Below are positions 13,570 through 24,749 of a DNA stretch of 64,000 nucleotides, in pieces (position 1 is the stretch's first letter; every line of letters begins with the position of its first letter). The DNA comes from Sminthopsis crassicaudata. Taxonomy: Eukaryota. The DNA lies in NCBI RefSeq assembly GCF_048593235.1, contig NC_133620.1:29948852-30012851 (forward strand), given 5' to 3'. The position numbers were made by a program, and so were the translations under genes. The notes under the pieces are model-generated. The model had not been told where the DNA came from. It ran no database searches and saw only the letters and a list, made by a program, of their open reading frames with translations.

Positions 13570-14040
13570 AAAGCTAGTGTGATTTGAGTTGCATCCAAAG
13601 ACATAATTTCCCGGAATAAGGTGATGGCCCCATTGCCTTCTGCCAGACTACCACTGGTGGGCTGTGATCAGGTCTGGTCCCCAGGGTTAGAAGGGCGTGG
13701 GAAACTGGGGAGAGGCTCAATCTCATGTCACGTGAAGATCAAAGGAACTGGGGGTGTAGATCTTGATGAGAATAAGGTTCCTGTGGGACAAGGCAGCTTT
13801 CTATTTTTGAAGGTCAGACTGGGGAGAAGTATGGGACTTGTTCTGCTGGGCCTGGAGGCGAAATCCAGGGGGGGAGGCAGAATGAAGATTGCTTTTGGGG
13901 AAACTTGTTACCAATAAGAGCTGCCCACTGTTTCCGGATGAGAGAGGAGGGAAGAAGGCACTCCAGGCAAGCGGACCAAGGAATAGCAAGAACAGTTCCA
14001 CCAAGATGTGGAGCACGTGACCCAAGAATTCAGTCTGGAA
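13570..14040 (+). mobile_element. L3/CR1 3' fragments
   Basis: CR1-like 3' segments (catccaaagacataatttcccggaataaggtgatggccccattg; acttgttctgctgggcctggagg). Confidence 0.5.
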
Positions 14041-15189
14041 GGAGACTATAGCCAGACCGGGACAGGCTCTGATGAGGAGTTTGAATTTAACAGTACAGGA
14101 GAGGCAATAGGGAACCAGTGAGGCTTCTTGAGCATTAGAGTGATGTGGTCCCCTTACCTACTTTTATTACTCTGACAGGAGAGGGGAAAGGCCGGCTTTG
14201 GGAAAACGAAGGAAGCTGTGAATACCGTCCAGGTGAGAGGGGATGAGAACCTGGTGCTGGCAGTGTGGAAGTGCAGAGAAGGGGTAGATGGGGGGTTGGG
14301 AGAAACAGCAAGATTTGACAACAGATTTTGGGGGGGCACGGGGAGGGGATGATGGTGGGAGCAGGCAATGCTTGGACAGACACAGGGAGAGTACCAAGCC
14401 TGCAGCATATCCAGATGGCAGGCTTTATCCAGGAGCCAGCAAGGGATGCGGCTGAAGCTCTGACTAGAGCCACACCAGACCAAGGTGGCAGAGCCAGGGT
14501 AACCCAGGCAAAGGGGCCAGACTGGGCAAGCTCCTTTCCCGTGCTGGTCAATCCGACCTATGGGTCAAATACTTCCCCAAAACCAAGCATGTCCTCAGGT
14601 AAGACCCGCAGACATTCGGGATGTCCTTAGGTCATTTACTAGCACATTCTACGTTTTTAAAAAATTATTTTTTAATTTTATTAATTTTTTTATTCTGAAC
14701 TTAAAACGGAATTTCCAAGAATCTGGTAGAACACGGAGAAGATCATACCTGAGAGTGTGATTCTTGTCTGGTTTGTGAGGCGCTTTTCTTTTTAAATATC
14801 GTAACATTCAACTGGACCTTCCTGCCCCCCAGTTCCACCAAGAGGCTGACTCTTACTGTAGAGAAGGGCCTTCCCCAGTACCTTGGCTTCCTCAAAGGGC
14901 CTGAGGCAGGCTCTTCTAGGCCTGGTGGGAAGGTGCGGGGAGGCCCGGATACCCCAAATCCCCTTAGCTTTTTTACATGGTGTTTATCTCCCCATCAGAT
15001 GGAGAGCCCACTGTGGGCAGGGTTCCCTGATGTTGCCATTCTTTACACATTTGGCATAGGGCCTGACAGAGAGTTGTACAGTAGGTGCCTAATCAATGCC
15101 CTGACACCAAGAGGACAAGCACATGAGACAGCAGCAGCCAAAGGGACAGTGTTCAGTTTGGGGGTCATCTTGATCTTGGACTCTGTTAG

Positions 15190-15390
15190 TCAGGAGTCAG
15201 GAAAACCAGAGTTCATAACTGACCTCAGACACTTACTAGCTGTGTGATTCTGGGCAAGTCACCTCACTGCTGCCTGCCTCAGTTTCCTCATCTCTAAAAC
15301 GGGGATAATAATAGCCCGTAGCTCTCAGGGTTATTGTGATGATCACATAGGAGCTACCCAGTGCCTCACCCACAGTAGGTGCTGTAAAAA
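15190..15390 (+). mobile_element. CORE-SINE (MIR/Mar1-like)
   Basis: gacctcagacacttactagctgtgtgattctgggcaagtcac...ctcagtttcctcatctctaaaacggggataataatag. Confidence 0.7.
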
Positions 15391-15575
15391 TGCTGTTCCT
15401 TCCCCCCCTTGCATTCAGTCATCAACAAAGGGGCGCAGAGAGCAGGCAGGGCAACTTGGCATGAGCCTGTTTACTTCAGCCAGACTGGCTGCTGGTGCCT
15501 TGGGCAGTGCTGGGATCCGCTCTTTTGAGGAGTGCCAGGGTCTCTTCTCGGAGTGCCACTTGACTCCGAGGCTCC

Positions 15576-15700
15576 TCAGCTGCCGGGCTCATCCTCATAG
15601 GCAATGGGCACTCCTCGTCTCCCAGCTACCGCCTTCATCGGTGCCGTCTGGCCCAGCTGAGGTTCCAAACCTCGCCAAGTTCGGGAACTCAGGAAGGAAG
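15576..15700 (-). CDS. DPH2: DPH2 exon 6 (coding part)
   Basis: SFLSSRTWRGLEPQLGQT...YEDEPGS*. Confidence 0.96.
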
Positions 15701-17896
15701 CTGGAGGGGTCAAGGGAGAGGGTAAGCCAGGGGCCTCAGCCCCCACCTCCCACAGGTGAGCATCCCAGAGAAGCCAGGGAAGCGGGGGTGGGCACACTGA
15801 CCTGCTGGACTGCTCTCAGCGAGCTCAAGCTGGGGTCGCTGGCACAGGGCTGAGGCCTCCAGGCCATCAGGAATGTAGGCTGAGGCTGAGGCCTGCGGGG
15901 GGCGCAGCTCTCCAGTGATGAGTGACACGTCTGGAGCATCCCATAGCTCAGACTCTGGGGGTGGGACTGGCACGTGGAAGGGGGAGCCTGGAGGAACAGG
16001 GGAGGGAGAGCAGGGATGGCCCTTGACCTTTTCCTGCCCTCCCAGCTGGAGCAAAATTTCAGGGCCAAGGGACAAGGGAGGAAGCCGGCCTTACCTGGCA
16101 GCAGGTCAGAGTAATGAGTCAGGTAGGGCCCAAACCCCAGCAGGCCCCGAGCCGGGTTGCAGGCGGCTTCCAGCTCATAGGGGGTGAGCATAGGTCGGAA
16201 GAAGCCCCTACTGGCACCACTCTGTGGTCGATCGAGGGTCCTCCAGGGGCAGGCCAGGAGCACGAAGACGTCCACCTCTGGGAAGTTGGCCAACTTGGCA
16301 GGGCTGGGCCGGCCCAAAGACAGGACGTAGGCCCGCTTGCCAGCAGCCTGCACCAGTTTCCGAAGATGGGACAGAGCCTCTCGGTGCCCTGCCCCCCCTG
16401 GAGCACCTGCCAGCAGTCCCACCACTCTCGCATCCCGTGCCCGTTCCACCAGATAGTGGCTCCGTGCTCTGGCTCGGACTGCCCGGGGGCCCTCGGCTTG
16501 GGCCCGTCCCGAGTCTGGCAAACAAGAAGAGAAGCGGCGGCTGGGGGCCCAGCCCAGGAGCAGCTGGAGCAAGTCTGGGGTCACCTCAATCCCGCCACTG
16601 TCTGCATTCTCAGAGCCCCCCACATAAAAGGCCCCATAGTCCTCCAGCTGCCGCCCGGGGCCCAGTGGAAAAAAGCGGCCAAAACGCTCCAAGGGTGGGT
16701 GCTCCCAGCCTGGGGCAACAGCGGGCAGAGCCGGGTGGGAGACCACGATGTCCTCATACTGGGCACGAAGAAGGGCAGCTAAGGATTCTGAAGGAAGAAC
16801 ATACATGGTCAGTTTGTGGAACTGGCTTGGAGAGGGTGGCCACGCCAGGCCTGACCTGGGGAGCACATTGGGCTGGGACCCGGGGAGGTTTAGTGGGGAG
16901 GAGAGAGGATTAAATGGGCCCCGAGGTCAAAGGGGAAGGAGGCTGCACATGCCACTCATAACTTCCCTCAGTCATAGCTGTGTCCCACTGCTGCCCTCCC
17001 TGGAGCTCACAGGCACTGGATGGGGTAGTACACAAGGCTCTGGGGAGCACCTCGGTCTCTGCCCACCCTCCCCTCCCCAGTCCTCACCCAGGGCGTGGGC
17101 ACAGGATGGCTCGCTCAGCAGCACCACGGGCTCCACAGGGTCGGGATGTAGGGCTCGGAAGGCCTCTGCACACAGTTCCAGGGCCACCGGGCGCCGGCCA
17201 AGGACGTGGATGACAGGCAGGGGGCCCGAAAGCGGGCTCAGGCAGGCCGGGCCAAAGTGCACCAGGGCATCGGCGGAGGCCTGCTCGGCCCCCAGGACGT
17301 CCACACAGCAGCTGTGGAGAGGGGTCAATCAGGGGGGCGGGCAAGGATGCCAGAAGCCCCCCCCCAGCTTCCCTCCAGCCCTCAGCTCCCACCTGCCATA
17401 GGCTGTGTCTCCCAGAACGAAGGTCTTGGCTCCTGTCATCTCCTCCAGGGTCCGGGCCACAGCCACACTGTCTCCTAGGAGTTCATCCGGGAACTGCAGG
17501 GCCACCTGAGCAGCCAACAGAGGGCCCTGCTCAGAGATTCACTGGCTCGGGGGAGGGGGTGTGCCGCCCCTCCTCCCAGCCCCCCCCATCTCCCTTTCCC
17601 CTCAGCCCCCCACCCCAGGCCCTTTCCTTAACCCCTCCCTCCTCCAGTCCCTCTCCGCCCCCATCCTCTACATCCTCACTTCCCCTCAGGCTTCCCCTTT
17701 GTCTCCCCTCTCCCCACCCCACCCCACCCCCGGCCACTCCCCCACTGACCCGCTTGGCTTCGTGCTCCAGAAGGAAGGCCTGCACCCGCTCCAGCTCATA
17801 AGTGCTGCCCAGCTCCGTGAGGGGTGTCAGTGGCTCCGGGACCCCCGCCTCTCGCTGTAGGGTGGCCTCTGCTGGGCTGCTGAAAGTGTCTTCCAT
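15576..17896 (-). CDS. DPH2: Diphthamide biosynthesis protein 2 (495 aa). Exons 17750-17896, 17393-17505, 17088-17311, 16095-16787, 15802-15987, 15576-15700
   Basis: Spliced CDS 1488 nt: MEDTFSSPAEATLQRE...VALQFPDELLGDSVAV...GDTAYGSCCVDVLGAEQ...PAKLANFPEVDVFVLLACP...DVSLITGEL...RTWRGLEPQLG...GRRGVPIAYEDEPGS*. All introns GT-AG with consistent phases. Confidence 0.97.
15802..15987 (-). CDS. DPH2: DPH2 exon 5 (186 bp)
   Basis: SPFHVPVPPPESELWDAPDVSLITGEL...LAESSPA. Confidence 0.96.
16095..16787 (-). CDS. DPH2: DPH2 exon 4 (693 bp)
   Basis: SLAALLRAQY...THYSDLLP|GTAAG. Confidence 0.96.
17088..17311 (-). CDS. DPH2: DPH2 exon 3 (224 bp)
   Basis: CCVDVLGAEQ...CAHAL. Confidence 0.96.
17393..17505 (-). 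CDS. DPH2: DPH2 exon 2 (113 bp)
   Basis: VALQFPDELLG...GDTAYG. Confidence 0.96.
17750..17896 (-). CDS. DPH2: DPH2 exon 1 (147 coding bp)
   Basis: MEDTFSSPAE...HEAKR|GTCAGT. Confidence 0.95.
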
Positions 17897-18019
17897 GTCA
17901 CCTTCCACAGCACTGGCCGCCAGGCCTAGGTCCGAGCCTACGATCTGCTCCAGAACCCCAGACCCTCCACGTGGGTCTACCCTCCAGTTTAGCACTATTT
18001 CCGGGACCACCCCCTAGTC

Positions 18020-18260
18020 TTCATACTTCGCCAATCCGAGCTTGTAATTTCCTTTTGGCCCTGCGCCAGTAGCCAATAGCCTACTCACGGCTTCTGAGCC
18101 AATGGAAAGGAGCGTATTTGTCCTGGCTCCGCCCCAACCGCCAGCCGTAAGTCTTTGTGGGAGTTGTAGTTTCCAGGCCCCCAGGAAAAGGGTGAGGAAG
18201 GGGGCGGGTGATGTGGGAGGGGTGGTTAAAAAGGCTCGGAGCCGCATGCGCAGCCCGCTT
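18020..18260 (-). promoter_or_regulatory. DPH2: DPH2 promoter: three CCAAT boxes (18031, 18073, 18099), GC boxes and an ACTACA-type motif (18158-18170)
   Basis: Motifs read directly, 130-280 bp upstream of the ATG. Confidence 0.8.
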
Positions 18261-18468
18261 CTTGTGTTCCTTCTCTGTTCAGGGGCAACTGAGTATAGGA
18301 GTATTCCAAGCTAAATCGAACTGTGATGACGGCGGCCCCCCTGCGCAGCGGCTGGTCCTAAGCCCTGTCCCAAGCTCCTGTAGCAGTCGCTGGCTGTGAC
18401 GGAGCTGCGGGTCTGGGTGTTGTGTAGCCACGGCAGGGTGGGCTGGGGGTGTAGTGGAAGAGACAGAC

Positions 18469-18479
18469 GCACACGCGCG

Positions 18480-18530
<51 letters not shown>
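18469..18530. repeat. Compound (CG)7(CA)21 microsatellite
   Basis: (CG)7 at 18474-18487 directly followed by (CA)21 at 18488-18529. Confidence 0.97.
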
Positions 18531-18537
<7 letters not shown>

Positions 18538-18539
18538 CA

Positions 18540-19190
18540 CTCAGAGGTGGCTACTATGTAGTCTCAGTAGAAAGATGCGGTGGATACGTTGTAGCTGCCG
18601 AGCAGAAGGTGGGCGTCGGCGGTGGCACCTGCCCTGGATACAAAGTGGCGGCCGCTCCGGCAGGGGAGGGGCCGCGGAGGATACAAAGTAGCTCGGGGCA
18701 GCTGGAGGCCGGGCTGGCGCGAGGCGGCTCCCCTTCCCCTCTCCCCCCTCCCCCCTGCAGCTCTGGGCCGGCAAGACGTTCCATGAAATCCCAGCGATCT
18801 TCACGGGCTCTCCCAGGACTGGTTTCCTCCCGGGTATAAGGAAAGGGGGGAGGGGAAGGAGAGGCTAGCGAGAGATCTTTCCGCTGGAAGCGGTGGAGCA
18901 GGGACAAACGCCCAAACCTCCGGACTCCCGTGGGGGCCTAGTCTGCCCGGAGACGGCTGTGCCTTCTAGTGGAGCCGATGGGGAGGTGGGGAGCAGGGGG
19001 AAGGAGGGAAACCCAAGATCTTTGGCGAGGTCGTTGGAAGCCAGCTGCTCCTCTCCCCTCCTTCTCCCGGCGGCATTCCCCAGGGCACTCCCGGGGGTGG
19101 GAGCCGGCCCGTCCTCGAGGCTGAGGCCTGGGAGTCGGGCGATCCGGGCCCGAGTCCCTTCTGTTATCCGGGGGACGGCTCTTCCTTATC
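18540..19190. promoter_or_regulatory. Second CpG-rich promoter-like segment upstream of DPH2
   Basis: CpG-dense; three GGATAC-N3/4-GT(A/G)GC motifs; function inferred. Confidence 0.5.
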
Positions 19191-19374
19191 TGCACTTCCT
19201 CATTTAAAAAAAAAAGCAGTTTGGGGCTTTTCGCCAAATCTCCTTATGAATAGATCTGGGCACGTGACTCCGTGCTTTTAGTCACTTTTAGTGATTAGAG
19301 TCTCCGGAGGGAAACTCATCCCCCGAGTCTGACATTCCAGGCTTTTTCACAGCCTTGCACTCAGTTCTTTCTAG

Positions 19375-19870
19375 TCTAAAGGACTTGGACTAAAATCCCG
19401 GGCTTGGAATCAGGAAGAGCCGAGTTCTAGCTGTGCGATCCCAAGCAAAACCATTTAATCTCTCCCGGTCAGATTCTCATCTCCAGAATGGAGAAGATAA
19501 AATCACCTTCCAGTTTTTTTGAGAATCAAATGACATAATGTACACAAACACTTCATGAATCTCAAAGTGCTAAATAAACGTTGTTATTCACTCCTTTTTT
19601 TTTTTTCCTTATCACCCTAAACTGGAAGACACTTCATTCAGTAATAACACTTATATTGTACTTTTTGGGCGGTAGACGCTGTGCTAAGCACTTTCCAATT
19701 ACTTTCTCATTTGGCCTTAACCCTGGGAGGCAGGCGCTGTTATTATGCCCATTTTACAGAGGAGGGAACTGAGGTACAGAGGTTAAGTGATTTGCCAAGG
19801 GTCACATAGCTAGAAGGATTTGGAGGTTTTCCTAACTTCAGAACAGGCTCTTTATCCGCTAGGCCACCCA
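19375..19870. mobile_element. Two CORE-SINE/MIR fragments (+ at about 19375-19580, - at about 19640-19870)
   Basis: Core motifs ctagctgtgcgatcccaagcaa and ttttacagagga-gggaactgaggtacagaggttaagtgatttgccaaggg. Confidence 0.65.
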
Positions 19871-19989
19871 GTAGTTCCTCTGCCCCTATTCATATGCTAC
19901 TGCCTGGATTGTTACGGCTCCCTAGAACGTCCCCAGCTCACCCCTCTTTTCAAGTGAATTCCCACTACCCTTAAAATCAACGAACTGAC

Positions 19990-20580
19990 ATGCATTTATT
20001 GAGTGCCAGTCCCAAGAAGCTTCCAGTGTAGCTGAGGAAGATGACAATTTGAACATCTTTAAATAAATACAAAAATAAACACAAATCCCAGGCAACGGGA
20101 GGACATAAGCAGTGTGTGGGGAACAGGGAAGACTTCCTGTAGGAGGTGACAACTGAGATGAATTTTGAAAGACTGAGCAGTGCTGAAGGGAGCAGGGAGT
20201 ACAATGTAGGCATGAAATACCCACCACTAAGTGCTACAAGTGACATAGAGCATTTATAGAATTGTTTCCATAATGCTTTGTAATCTTCAAGACAGCAAAG
20301 ACTTATCCTTGGAGACCTCCTGTGATGGGAAGTCCACTCCACCCATTAGTCCATTTCACTTTTGGATAATTCAATTAAACAAACCTTTATTGAGCACCTG
20401 CTGGTGACAGTGGATAATGCTGGGCCTGGAGTCGGAAAGTTCATATCTGGCCTCAAACACTTCCTGCCCTCAAGGAGCTTACAATCTAACCCTGTAGACA
20501 ACTCACAAGAGGAGGCTAGAAAGAGGCGGGGAATACAAAGGAGATAGCTCCTATGGAGCTGAAGCCAGGCCAGCCTGCAG
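19990..20580 (-). mobile_element. L2 3' fragments
   Basis: catttattgagtgcc and ctttattgagcacctgctg...gccctcaaggagcttacaatcta. Confidence 0.6.
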
Positions 20581-20751
20581 GTCAAGAGCAGAGTGAGCTG
20601 GAAGCTGATTTCTGCCCCCCATAAAGGAAAGTTTTGGGAGGAACTCAGTGCTCCACTGTCCAGCCCTTCAATCAGAGGGGAAGGAGACTGGGGGAAGTAT
20701 TGGTATCCAAGGCTTGAATTAACAGCAGCTGTTGAGATTAGAAGTGATCCT

Positions 20752-21222
20752 AGAGACTTACATTTACTGATTCGAAGTTCAGTAGGAGATCATTGTACAC
20801 GCCAACATCAATATTATACAACAATCAATTCTGATGGACGTGGCTCCAACAGTGAGATGATTTAGGTCTGTTCCAGTGATCTTGTGATGGAGCCATCTAC
20901 ACCCAGAGAGAGGACTGTGGGAACTGATTGTGGATCACAACAGAGCATTCTCACTCTTTTTGTTGTTCGTTTGCATTTTGTTTTCTTATTCATTTTCTTT
21001 CCTTTTTGATCTGATTTTTCTTGTGCAGCAAGAGAACTGTATAAATGTTTACACATATTGGATTTAACATATATTTTAACACGTATAACATATATTGAAT
21101 TACTTGCCATCTAGGGGAGGGGGTGGAGGGAGGAGGGGAAAATCTGAAACACAAAGCTATGCAAGGTCAATGTTGAAAAAGTATCCATGCATTTGTTCTG
21201 AAAATAAAAAGCTTTAAAAAAA
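20752..21222 (+). mobile_element. 5'-truncated L1 3' end with 12-bp TSD
   Basis: TSD agaagtgatcct at 20740-20751 and 21223-21234; polypurine tract, AATAAA and A-tail. Confidence 0.85.
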
Positions 21223-22344
21223 AGAAGTGATCCTGGAAGAGGCGGCTTCCTCTTGTGGAAGTGAAACCAGGCACAGATGCATATAGAGTGGAAAGCGCTT
21301 ATTGTTATTTTCTCCTATACACGTGCCTGTTTGTCCTCAGCGACCTGTTTATGGTTCTCTCTCAAGTTCACTTTAGGAGATCCACCACATATGTGAAAGA
21401 GCCTTCCTCACTTTCCACTGACATCTGGAGCTCGTGCTGGAGGACCTTGGTCGTCACCCTGTGGCTCCTTGCTCTCAGTACAAGCTGGGCCCATTTTCTC
21501 TTGCTGGCGTACATATCTCTGATGGTTCCATACCCGTCTAATGTCAGCTCTTTTCTCTCATCCTCTGCCCTTGCCATGGGACCAACCCAGCTGTTTCATT
21601 TTTAGAGTAAGGATGTTAAAAGTTAATGTGATCCAGCTCTTCCGGCAATGAATGTGCCCCCTCAGCTGTCAGCTGACCAGGACTTTGCATCAGAAGACCA
21701 GCAATCAAATGAAAGTTTGATGGCCTAAAACCCCATGGTTCCTCCTTTGCTGCTGCTGTTGCCAAAGCAGGAGGGGTTACAAGGGACCAGGGCTGTTAAT
21801 AGAGCCAAAGCAGTTTCGTCCTCACATGGCCAGCCCTGTTCCAGGTCCTTGACTAACTAGGTTATGGGGCTCCACTCCAAGCCCTTCCACGAGAGAACCT
21901 GGCCCAGAACCTATGTCCTACCAACATTGGTGCTGGAGAATCCAGGGTGCCTATGACATGCAACCTAAACTTGCCCACTTACCCATTGCTCCTCCCGTTC
22001 TTCTCAAATAGATGAGAAACTGAGGCCCTGAGGAGGGAAGAAGGTGACTGAGTCCATTCAGTGACCCTGTCAGCTTTAATTTATCAAATTTTATCAAATA
22101 CAGGCCACCTAGCCTGTCCTAGCTTCCTGTCCAGGGCATCACCATCCTTCCGGTCGCGCAGATTTACAGCCACACTAACACCCTCTACTCCCTACTCTCC
22201 CTGGCACAGTGAAGCACTTGTGAGATGCCCCTGGTTTCACTGCCATAGGCGATATCCAACTCTCTCTCCTCTACACAACCGATGCCCTCATTCAGGCACT
22301 CAATAATCCCTGAGCCATCTCAGTAGCTGCCTGCCGTTTAAAGC

Positions 22345-22560
22345 GGCTTCTCCCAGGCCAGGCTGTGCTTCAGTCAAAACTGCTAAAAATGTGGGCCATG
22401 AGCCCAGAGGGTGCCTCGTAACTGACTGTGGGATTACAAAATTATGATTTATTATCTGTAAATGTTTGGTTTGGATATCTATTTTATATACCTATATACT
22501 CAGGGTTATTTAAAAATTTCTCAGGTGTCAAGGGGTTGTGAACGAAAGCCCTGCTCTGGG
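22345..22560. mobile_element. Non-autonomous hAT/Charlie-like DNA element (a second copy lies at 46441-46640)
   Basis: Shares the internal block ttatgatttatt-at-gtaaatgtttg...atatacctatata-cagggt...aggggt with the second copy. Confidence 0.6.
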
Positions 22561-23130
22561 CAGCTGTCAAATGATCCTTCCTTTAGCCACACCTTCACTT
22601 TAACACAGATCTCTCCCTCACCCTCCTAGACAATCAGCTCGAGGTTCCCCATCACTTCTAGGAACAAATAAAAATCCCTCTATTTGACATGTAAAGCTTT
22701 TCCTATTCAGCCTCCTCCTATCTCCTAGTTTTCTTATTAGTCACTTCCTACCCAGCCCCATACTCTGATCCAGTGGCCTTGATAGGGATTGACCTCAAAA
22801 AAGACTGGCCATCTTCTCAGGCCCCTCCCCCTCCCATCCTAGAATGTTCTGTCCCATCTCTGCCCCCTGGCCCCTTCAAGTCCTGGCAAAAATTTCATCT
22901 CCTAATAGAAATGTTTACCGAGACCCCCCTCAATTCTAATGCCTTCCCTCTATTATTTCCGACTTATCCTGTATAAAACCTATTTGCTCAATTGTTTGCA
23001 GGTGGGCCCCTTGCCCCATTAGGTTATGAGCTTCTCAAGGACAGCTCGTCTTTTGACCTTCTTTTTATGCTCATCCATCAGCCTGGTGCCGGGAACAGAG
23101 GTGGCTCACAATCTCTTGCTCAATAAACTC
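22560..23130 (+). mobile_element. L2 3' fragment
   Basis: ttatgagcttctcaagg-acag...ctttttatgc...cagcctggtgcc...gctcaataaa. Confidence 0.55.
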
Positions 23131-23899
23131 CAGCACCTTGCTCCCTCTCGAATCCGACACAAACTCCCATGTGTGTTTTGAGTCCTTCAGAGCCAGATTC
23201 TGACTCATCCTTCCAGCTTTCTCACACATTATTCCATTTGGGGAATTCTGTGGTCCAGCCCACTTTGGGGGGCTCTTCTTCACATAGGCTCTCCTTTCCT
23301 CCCTGGCCCGAGAAGCACTTCTACCCTCTCATGAGCCGTAGATTCCGGGATTCCTGGCTTATTGTGCTGATTTCTTGGGCAGGGCCGTTCCATGAGGGGC
23401 TGTGGCTTCTCAAGGTCTTTTTCTGGATGCTGCTGCTTAGTCCTGAGCTGGATAAAGGAGCTCACTCACTGGCATCTGTCTTCAGAGCTCCCAGTCACTG
23501 TGGTTCAATCGCATACTCTTTAACTCATTGCCAGACTGAATGTGAGGAAGCTGGGTCTTTGGGACTCGTCTGGGGCTATCTTATTGGACCCACCCCACCT
23601 GCCTTTCCAGCCTCATTCCCCATTCTCTGGTTCTTGCCTTTGTGCAATACATACAAGTAGTTACAGAAGAAAGAAAGCTCTTAGAGAGATGAGGGCTCTA
23701 GCAGCTGGAGGGGGGAGCTGGGAAGGGCTTCCTTAGCTTTGGAGCCAAGAGACAAAGGTGAGAAGGGAGAGCTGGGGAAGGGGGAAGGGCAGAGCAAAGA
23801 CTCGAAGAGATGGAGCACTCCAGCTGGAAGGTGGAACATGTGGATAAAAGCACTGGGAAGGTGGGAAGGATTTCCTATCTGATGCTGGAGGGAATAGGG

Positions 23900-24520
23900 A
23901 GCCACTGGAGCTTAAAGTGTACATACACCTATTGGGCCTGTATCCCAGAGAGATCATTAAAAAGGACAAAGGACCCATATGTGCAAAAATGTTTGTAGCA
24001 GCCCTTTTGTTGTGGCAAGGAACTGTCAGTTAGGAAATGGCTGAATAGGATACAGTATATGAACGTAATGGAAATTTATTGTTATAAGAAATGATGAGCA
24101 AGCTGATTTAGAAAAATCACGAATTGACACTGAGAGAAGTGAGCAGAACCAGGAAAACACTTTACACAGTAACAGCAACATTACATGATGATCGACTGCA
24201 AACTTGACTCTTTTCAACAATGCCGTGATCCAAGTCAATTCCAACAGATGTGGGATGGAGAATGCCATCCACATTCAGAGAGAGAACTGTGAGTGCAGAC
24301 TGGATGCAGAAGCATGCTACTTTCCCCTTTATTCTTTCTTGTGACTTTTCCCTTTTGTTCTGATTTTTCTTTCACAAAATGATTCATATGAAAACGTTCA
24401 AAATGATTTTATGTGTGTAACCTATATCAGATCACTTGCTATTTTGGGGAGGGAAGAGGTAAAAAATGAATCTTGAAAACTATCTTTACATGTAATTGGA
24501 AAAATACTACTGAATTTTTT
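23900..24520 (+). mobile_element. L1 ORF2 end and 3' UTR fragment
   Basis: ctgtatcccagagagatcattaaaaagg...aaatgtttgtagcagccctttt, followed by the typical 3' UTR. Confidence 0.8.
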
Positions 24521-24749
24521 TAAAAAGTATGTGGGTGTTGGGGGGGGAGAGGATATCAGACATTTACTCTAGTAAAATCAGGAAAAGAATCTTCCAGGGG
24601 CAGGAAGACCAGGCAGGAGGACAGAAGTAGGAAGAACAGGGTCAACAAATGGGAAGAAGGGGACATGGATGAAATGCCCAGATTGTAAATGTCCAGACTA
24701 GCAACTACTTCCTTACAAAAATATGAACTCTCTTAATGACTCAGTGGAA

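Noticed and set aside
16114-16913. Plus-strand 222 aa and 229 aa ORFs
   Set aside because: Antisense shadows of DPH2 exon 4
21558-21599. G-patch-like peptide MKQLGWSHGKGRG, and the nearby GSFTY resemblance to eEF1A GSFKY
   Set aside because: Very short matches ending in stops with no flanking similarity; chance level
23071-23535. Two minus-strand ORFs with an apparent acceptor and donor, suggesting a hidden exon
   Set aside because: Stops in all frames after the acceptor, and the donor falls inside an L2 tail
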